From the IMG/VR virus record IMGVR_UViG_3300037153_000351: 20,000 bases of DNA; one strand, given 5' to 3'. Shown here one piece after another: positions 15,158 to 20,000 of this stretch. Every line of letters begins with the position of its first letter. Position 1 is the first letter of the stretch. Under the pieces are notes generated by a model that saw only the letters and a program-made list of their open reading frames with translations, had not been told where the DNA came from and searched no databases. This stretch comes from an uncultured virus (IMG/VR IMGVR_UViG_3300037153_000351) (lineage: Duplodnaviria > Heunggongvirae > Uroviricota > Caudoviricetes). The translations under genes and the position numbers were made by a program.

Positions 15158-15724
15158 TCAATACCTCGCGAACGCTAACCATGTGCCGGCGGCGCGCTGA
15201 ATCGGCCATCCCTCGGCGTGCAGGCGATTGAGCGCCATGGTGACCTCGACGGCCGGGTTCCCGTAATCGTGCCACACGACAATGCCGCCCGGTTTCACGA
15301 GCCGGCGGGCGAGCAGGCTATCGCACACGACGCCGGCCTCGCTGTGATCGCCATCGATAAAGATGGCGTCGGCGGGTTCGAGGTCGGGGGCTTCGAGCGC
15401 GACCGAACCGACCGGGCATTCGACCAACCAGAATCGGCCGTTGTGTTTGCTGGCCTCGTGGCCCGCGTGCTGCGGCACCTCGGTTCGTTGGCACGACAGC
15501 GTTGTCATGAACGTCGACGGCACATCGATTCCGATATAGGTCGAGATTGTCGGCACGTTGTCGAGCACCCGGCAAGCGGTGCGCCCGGTATGGCATCCGA
15601 ACTCGATCATGACCGTCGGGAGCACGGAGCGCACGAGGGCGACGAGCGTCGCGGTTTCGTGTGCGCCGAGGTAATAGCTAAACGGCCCCGGGATCGACGG
15701 CGCGGGGACGTCGACCGCGTCCAT
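15158..15724 (-). CDS. Class I SAM-dependent methyltransferase (Methyltransf_24-like), 188 aa
   Basis: Start re-called at MDAVDVP (TGATG overlap). Motifs MIEFGCHTGRT, YIGID, DAIFIDGDHS, LVKPGGIVVWHDY. Confidence 0.9.
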   Translation of the reverse strand: MDAVDVPAPSIPGPFSYYLGAHETATLVALVRSVLPTVMIEFGCHTGRTACRVLDNVPTISTYIGIDVPSTFMTTLSCQRTEVPQHAGHEASKHNGRFWLVECPVGSVALEAPDLEPADAIFIDGDHSEAGVVCDSLLARRLVKPGGIVVWHDYGNPAVEVTMALNRLHAEGWPIQRAAGTWLAFARY

Positions 15725-16653
15725 CACGTCACCGTCGTCACCGAAAATATGCAGTCGGTTTCCTGCAACGCATCGTCGACGATCTTTTGGCCGGAACGAA
15801 AACGAATAAAGGCATATCCGAGCGGCCATGTGGTCGGCACGATCACGCGCGTGTCGGGCCTTGCGCCGATCAGGAGCTCGCGCCCCGCCTCGTTCATGAG
15901 ATCCATAAATTCGACGTCGTCGATCGAGCAGAGGAAGCTCAAGTTCGCCTTGGGATCCCATTGCGGCGGGACGCTGAAATGCACGATGCGGGCGTTGCGG
16001 GCGTCGAGTGAATTGGACACGCGCGCGCCGGCGGGAATGGTGATCGTCGAGGTTGTGATGATCGGCAATTCTTCCTCGTTCGGATCCCAACTCGTGAGCG
16101 GGGGCGGCGTGCTCGTCGGCGGCCCCAACGAATAGGGCGCGGCGGCGAGCGGGATGTTGATCGTGCCGAGGATTAGCGCCGGTTTGTCGAACAGCGGCGC
16201 GAGCAAGGAATAGGTCGGCGCGATTAGCTGTGCGGTGATCGTAAGCGCCGGCGCGGCGAACGCAAGCGGAGCGAGGGTGTATGCCGCCGCCGAGAGTCGG
16301 ACGGTGAGGCCAAGGCCCGGGGCGGCATACACGGGAGCGCCCAACCAATACGGATTGGCCGCGAGCCCGATTTCGATGATCTCGCTATCGAGCGGGGGCG
16401 TCGCGTAGGTGGGCGAGCCGAGGGCGTAAGTGTTGGCCGCGAGCTCGTGCCGGCCGGCGAGCGGCGGGGCTGCGAAGCTCGGCGAGCCGAGCGTGTAGGG
16501 CGAGGCCGCCAGCACACGCTTGACCGTGAGTGCGGGCGTGGCGAACGCCAATGCTCCAAGCGAATAGGGGCTCGCCGTAAGCGCGTAGGTGACGACCGCT
16601 TGAAAGGCGTCGGGCTGGAACGCGTTGGCCTGAAAGGCCGCGGGCCCTGCCAT
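15724..16653 (-). CDS. Putative virion-associated protein: AFQ x3 leader, seven 23/26-aa repeats, C-terminal beta-rich domain
   Basis: RBS AGAGG; repeats with consensus LxAxxYxLGxxxFAxPxL; C-terminal domain TITIPAGARVS...W...LSFLCSIDD...FIRFRSG. Confidence 0.75.
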   Translation of the reverse strand: MAGPAAFQANAFQPDAFQAVVTYALTASPYSLGALAFATPALTVKRVLAASPYTLGSPSFAAPPLAGRHELAANTYALGSPTYATPPLDSEIIEIGLAANPYWLGAPVYAAPGLGLTVRLSAAAYTLAPLAFAAPALTITAQLIAPTYSLLAPLFDKPALILGTINIPLAAAPYSLGPPTSTPPPLTSWDPNEEELPIITTSTITIPAGARVSNSLDARNARIVHFSVPPQWDPKANLSFLCSIDDVEFMDLMNEAGRELLIGARPDTRVIVPTTWPLGYAFIRFRSGQKIVDDALQETDCIFSVTTVT

Positions 16654-16661
16654 TCATGCCT

Positions 16662-16910
16662 CTATGACCGATCCCAGTGTTCCGCGAGATGTTGCTCATT
16701 CGCGCGGAGTTGCCGAACGATATCCGCAAAGCTCATGCCGTAATGGTGCCACCACTTATAAACCGTTGCCGAGCAAAATTTTATATTGCAGTCGTTGAGC
16801 CGGTCGCGCAATTCCGCAGGCAGCATATCGAAATGCTTGAGGTCGTTGCGGCGCAATTGTAATTGCGTCGGCTCGCGATAGCGGCGGAGTTTCTTGCGCC
16901 GTTGCGTCAT
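16662..16910 (-). CDS. Hypothetical protein (82 aa; weak resemblance to DUF6525-like FDxLPxELR proteins)
   Basis: FDMLPAELRDRL...SATVYKWW; coupled to the upstream ORF by ATGA. Confidence 0.6.
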   Translation of the reverse strand: MTQRRKKLRRYREPTQLQLRRNDLKHFDMLPAELRDRLNDCNIKFCSATVYKWWHHYGMSFADIVRQLRANEQHLAEHWDRS

Positions 16911-17062
16911 TTCCGCCGCCGTCGCTTCGTGCGCCGCTTGGGCCGGATGCGGAGTTGGTTACCCTGCCGTTTAGCATCGAACCACGTCATGCGCGAGATG
17001 ATGACGCCCTCGGCGACGAGCCGCTTGCCGCAATAGACCACGCAATATTCGCCCGGATTCAT
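16907..17062 (-). CDS. Small basic hypothetical protein (51 aa, below the track cutoff)
   Basis: MNPGEYCVVYCGKRLVAEGVIISRMTWFDAKRQGNQLRIRPKRRTKRRRRK; stop overlaps the next ATG. Confidence 0.45.
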   Translation of the reverse strand: MNPGEYCVVYCGKRLVAEGVIISRMTWFDAKRQGNQLRIRPKRRTKRRRRK

Positions 17063-17092
17063 TTCCGCCGCCTCGAAGATAACGCATCAATT

Positions 17093-17308
17093 TCATGACG
17101 GCCACCGCTCCGTCGACGTGCGCTCACGCTGATATTTTTCTTGCCGTTCCGCCCTTGCAAGGACTTGCCGCACGCGGCCCGCCGATATTCCGAATTCCTC
17201 GCCGAGCTTTCTATACGTCGCGCCTTCTGCCCGTCGCGCCCGCATTTTTGCCAAACGCGCTTGCCGTGCCTCCGGATTTCCGTGCAATAGCCAATGGTCC
17301 TCGCCCAT
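17093..17308 (-). CDS. Small HTH DNA-binding protein (sigma70 region 4-like)
   Basis: RRAEGATYRKLGEEFGISAGRVRQVL fits an HTH; RBS GAGG overlaps the terminase stop. Confidence 0.75.
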   Translation of the reverse strand: MGEDHWLLHGNPEARQARLAKMRARRAEGATYRKLGEEFGISAGRVRQVLARAERQEKYQRERTSTERWPS

Positions 17309-17312
17309 GGCC

Positions 17313-18941
17313 TCACCCGATCAGAGTTGTCACGTCGAACTTTGGTTTTGCCAGCGGGGCGATGCCGCACGCCATGGCGAGCGCCACAAGCCCGTCAATG
17401 CGGCCGACCGACCGGCGCTTGCTCGGCTTCCGGTTGCCGGCGTCGTCGAGCGTGATCACCGTGTTCGCGACGCACATGGAAAGAATCGGGTTATTGCCGT
17501 GGCAAAGCGCCTTGTCGCGCAGTGCTTCCTCCAACGCGCGCAGCGCCGGCGACATGCCCTGAAAATTCTGCCCGAACTCCGTGAAATGCTCGGTGACGAA
17601 ATTCTCGCCGAGGCCGGCGTTGATCATCCACGATTTCAGGTGCTCGAACCCCCATTTGTCGAACGCGATTTTGCGGATCCGATAGTGCGCGAATTGCTCG
17701 CGCAGATAATTCGCGACCCATTGGAATTTAACCGCCGCTCCCGGGGTCACGGTGAGATAACCCTCGGCCGCCCATTGGTCATACGGCACCCGGTCGGCGA
17801 CCGCTTTCTCCGCGAGATTTTCCTCCGGTAACCAGAACGTCGGATGCACGCCCCATCGTCCATCCTTGCGCTGGCCTATCAGCACGAACGCCGTGAGGTC
17901 GGCGGTTTGTGAGAGATCCAGCCCCCCGTAAAATTCCATTCCGTCCTCGAACCCGCCCGGGAGTGCGCCGTTCGCCGCCCATAGTTCGGGCGAGCAAAAC
18001 GGGTTCGCAACCTGCACCCGCTGATTCAGAATCAAATTGCGATATTCCGCCTCGCGACTTGGCATGCGCTTGGCGGCCGCCGCCATGGCGATGACCTCTT
18101 GCTCATTCAAGAAATTGCCGAGCGCAGGATTGGCGAGTCGAATGGTTTCGAGGTCGAACGGGTCGAGCGTCTTGTCCGCCGTGTAGAGGCGAACCACCAC
18201 GCGCGGGTCGTGGCCGGCAAGGCCATCGTCGATTAATTGGGATAGCAAATCGGCGTCGGTCGGCGCTTGCGTGCTGATCACAATCGAGAGCGGGTTGGCT
18301 TGCGCGCCGGTCGCCGTTTCCAACGCCTCGTAGAGCGTACTTCGCGGCCCGCGAACCTGTCCCAATTCGTCATGGATACAGAATACCGGCGACAGGCCGA
18401 ACGCCGTGGTCGCCTCGGCGGCGAGCGCCCGGTATTTCGTGCCGAGGTCGGGGCACATGAGTTCCTTGGCCGCCTCACGCACCACGATCGAATCGCGCAG
18501 ATCCGGCGACATGCGTGCAATCTTGGCCGCGAGTTGAAAAATCAACGCCGCCTGTTCACGCGAGGTCGCGGTCGAGAATAGTTGCGAATTTGGAATAAAC
18601 TTCGGCCCGCACAGGTGCACGAGTAGCAACAGCGCCGCGAGACAGGTTTTCCCGTTCTTCCTTCCGAAACTGAGGATCGCTGTGCGCGTGCCGTGCGGAT
18701 TGTCGTAAATCGCCTCCAGCGCCTCGACCTGCCACGGCGCAAGCTTGAACCGCTGCCCGATCATCGCCCCTTCCGGGATGTAGCATTTCCGCTCGATCCA
18801 ATCGACAATCGCCGCCGCCGAGGCCCGTTTGGGGGGCTCGATCGTGACCCGCGGGGCCGGCGTAAGCGGCTTGGGCGGTCGCCCCCGCTTGCGCTTGGGT
18901 TCCGGCGGAAATTGCAGCAAATCAGGGCCAACCATAGGCAA
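17313..18941 (-). CDS. terL: Terminase large subunit (Terminase_1, HK97/P27-like); start may be ATG 18935
   Basis: LAPWQ; Walker A GRKNGKT; Walker B CIHDELG; coupling motif VIST; nuclease GGLDLSQTADLTA and RIDGLVAL. Confidence 0.95.
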   Translation of the reverse strand: MPMVGPDLLQFPPEPKRKRGRPPKPLTPAPRVTIEPPKRASAAAIVDWIERKCYIPEGAMIGQRFKLAPWQVEALEAIYDNPHGTRTAILSFGRKNGKTCLAALLLLVHLCGPKFIPNSQLFSTATSREQAALIFQLAAKIARMSPDLRDSIVVREAAKELMCPDLGTKYRALAAEATTAFGLSPVFCIHDELGQVRGPRSTLYEALETATGAQANPLSIVISTQAPTDADLLSQLIDDGLAGHDPRVVVRLYTADKTLDPFDLETIRLANPALGNFLNEQEVIAMAAAAKRMPSREAEYRNLILNQRVQVANPFCSPELWAANGALPGGFEDGMEFYGGLDLSQTADLTAFVLIGQRKDGRWGVHPTFWLPEENLAEKAVADRVPYDQWAAEGYLTVTPGAAVKFQWVANYLREQFAHYRIRKIAFDKWGFEHLKSWMINAGLGENFVTEHFTEFGQNFQGMSPALRALEEALRDKALCHGNNPILSMCVANTVITLDDAGNRKPSKRRSVGRIDGLVALAMACGIAPLAKPKFDVTTLIG

Positions 18942-18967
18942 ACCCTAGTGCCGCAAAGGTGCCGCGT

Positions 18968-19429
18968 CTAGCTCGCGTGGTGGGTAGGTTCGCGCCAATC
19001 CATCCACGGCTTAATTCCCGGGGCCTCGCGCGCGAGCTTGTTGCCGACGACCTTCGCAACATTCCGGTTTGTGGTCGCCTGTTTCGTGAGGCGGAGCGAC
19101 TTGGCACAGGAAATCATGTGGTCGGTTTCGGTCGCAACCGCCTTCAACATGGCCCGCACGTGCCCCCACTTGGGATCCAACGGGCCCCAATCCACACTCA
19201 CCTCAAGCAACCGGGAAAGCACCGCGTTCAAATGGTCGGCGACCTTCACATGCCGCACATATTGCCGCAACAATGGCACATGCTCCGGTTGGATCCAGCC
19301 GGGAGGCAGCCCCGACACGATTTGTTCCCATTGCTCCCGCTCGAACTCGTCGAGATCTTCCGGGGGCGCAATCCGCTGCCCCGGAATCACGGGATGACGG
19401 CTCGCCGCCGACGGCCGACCGCGCTGCAT
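18968..19429 (-). CDS. terS: Terminase small subunit (P27-like)
   Basis: ATG 19429 with RBS GGAGG; MQRGRPSA...APPEDLDEFEREQWEQIV...LLRQY...LRLT; directly upstream of terL. Confidence 0.85.
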   Translation of the reverse strand: MQRGRPSAASRHPVIPGQRIAPPEDLDEFEREQWEQIVSGLPPGWIQPEHVPLLRQYVRHVKVADHLNAVLSRLLEVSVDWGPLDPKWGHVRAMLKAVATETDHMISCAKSLRLTKQATTNRNVAKVVGNKLAREAPGIKPWMDWREPTHHAS

Positions 19430-20000
19430 TACAACCTCCAAGTTGTGCCGTTTTCGTTGTAGTCACCCCCGCCGCTACAGCCTGTCGCGTAGTTACCGGA
19501 ACCGAGGGGCAAAAACCCCAATGATATCAAGGGCACCCCACGAGGGCCCGATCAGGCCCTTTGTTTCGTCCCGGTTCCCTCGCCCCCATTGATTTTGCTC
19601 GGCTTTTCAGGCAGGCGGAGCCGCCAAAGGGGAGAAATTTTCTCTCCGGAGGCCGTTTTGACCCGGTCGGAGAGAAGAATTTTCTCGCCCCAAAATCGGT
19701 TTCAATCGAACTCATTCGTCATGCGAATTGCGCATAGCAAGAACGGGCAGAATTCGAGCGAGTTCCGCGTGTTCCATCTTTTTTCTCAACGAATCTCGCC
19801 GATTTTGACGGTAGCGCGCTGTTCTGGCAAGAACATTTCAAAACGCATAGCTCCGAGGTAAGAAAAACGGCCCGATTCCGAGCAAAACTCCGTAGAAAAT
19901 TTTTTGGGCCCCACTTGGGCAAACAAATGGATGCATTTTGTATTTTTCAGATCTCGGCGCGGGGGTGTGGCGGGTGCGGTGGCCGGTCGGGCCCGGGGGT

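Larger units (their letters stand above)
1..20000 (-). mobile_element. Tailed phage/prophage structural region (HK97-type head with contractile Mu-like tail)
   Basis: Terminases, capsid, portal, neck and sheath genes span the window; no host genes, integrase or att site seen. Confidence 0.95.

Noticed and set aside
15158..15724. DNA methyltransferase or restriction-modification role
   Set aside because: Lacks DPPY/NPPY or PC catalytic motifs; IDGDH...HDY fits a Methyltransf_24-like O-methyltransferase.
15725..16348. N-terminal 208 aa of the 396-aa methyltransferase ORF
   Set aside because: Overlaps the 309-aa repeat protein in another frame and has non-protein-like composition; the TGATG junction at 15724 gives the better start.
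19527..19922. Short ORFs upstream of terS
   Set aside because: No clear RBS, atypical composition and mutual overlap; the region is better explained as non-coding.

Overview
GC-rich head, neck and tail morphogenesis region of a tailed phage or prophage, almost entirely on the minus strand; an alphaproteobacterial host is my impression only. In transcription order (right to left): an A-tract-rich non-coding region (possible packaging site), small and large terminase, then about 7.5 kb of accessory genes. These include an HTH protein, a 7-repeat putative virion protein, a class I SAM methyltransferase, a His-rich peptide, one oppositely oriented gene with its own RBS and terminator, a 2-TM membrane protein, a TPR + GT9-like glycosyltransferase and two stand-alone HK97-fold capsid paralogues. 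Next come a prohead protease-major capsid fusion, an HK97-type portal placed after the capsid, a 61-triplet collagen-like protein, neck/head-tail genes, a DUF2635-like protein and a Mu gpL-type contractile tail sheath (missing from the ORF track because it runs off the left edge). Most notable: three tandem capsid-fold genes translationally coupled to a glycosyltransferase; a peptide repeat shared between the 7-repeat protein and the C-terminus of the head-closure protein; and a triplicated 13-mer before a probable internal capsid start. All family calls come from motif recognition by eye, not database searches.
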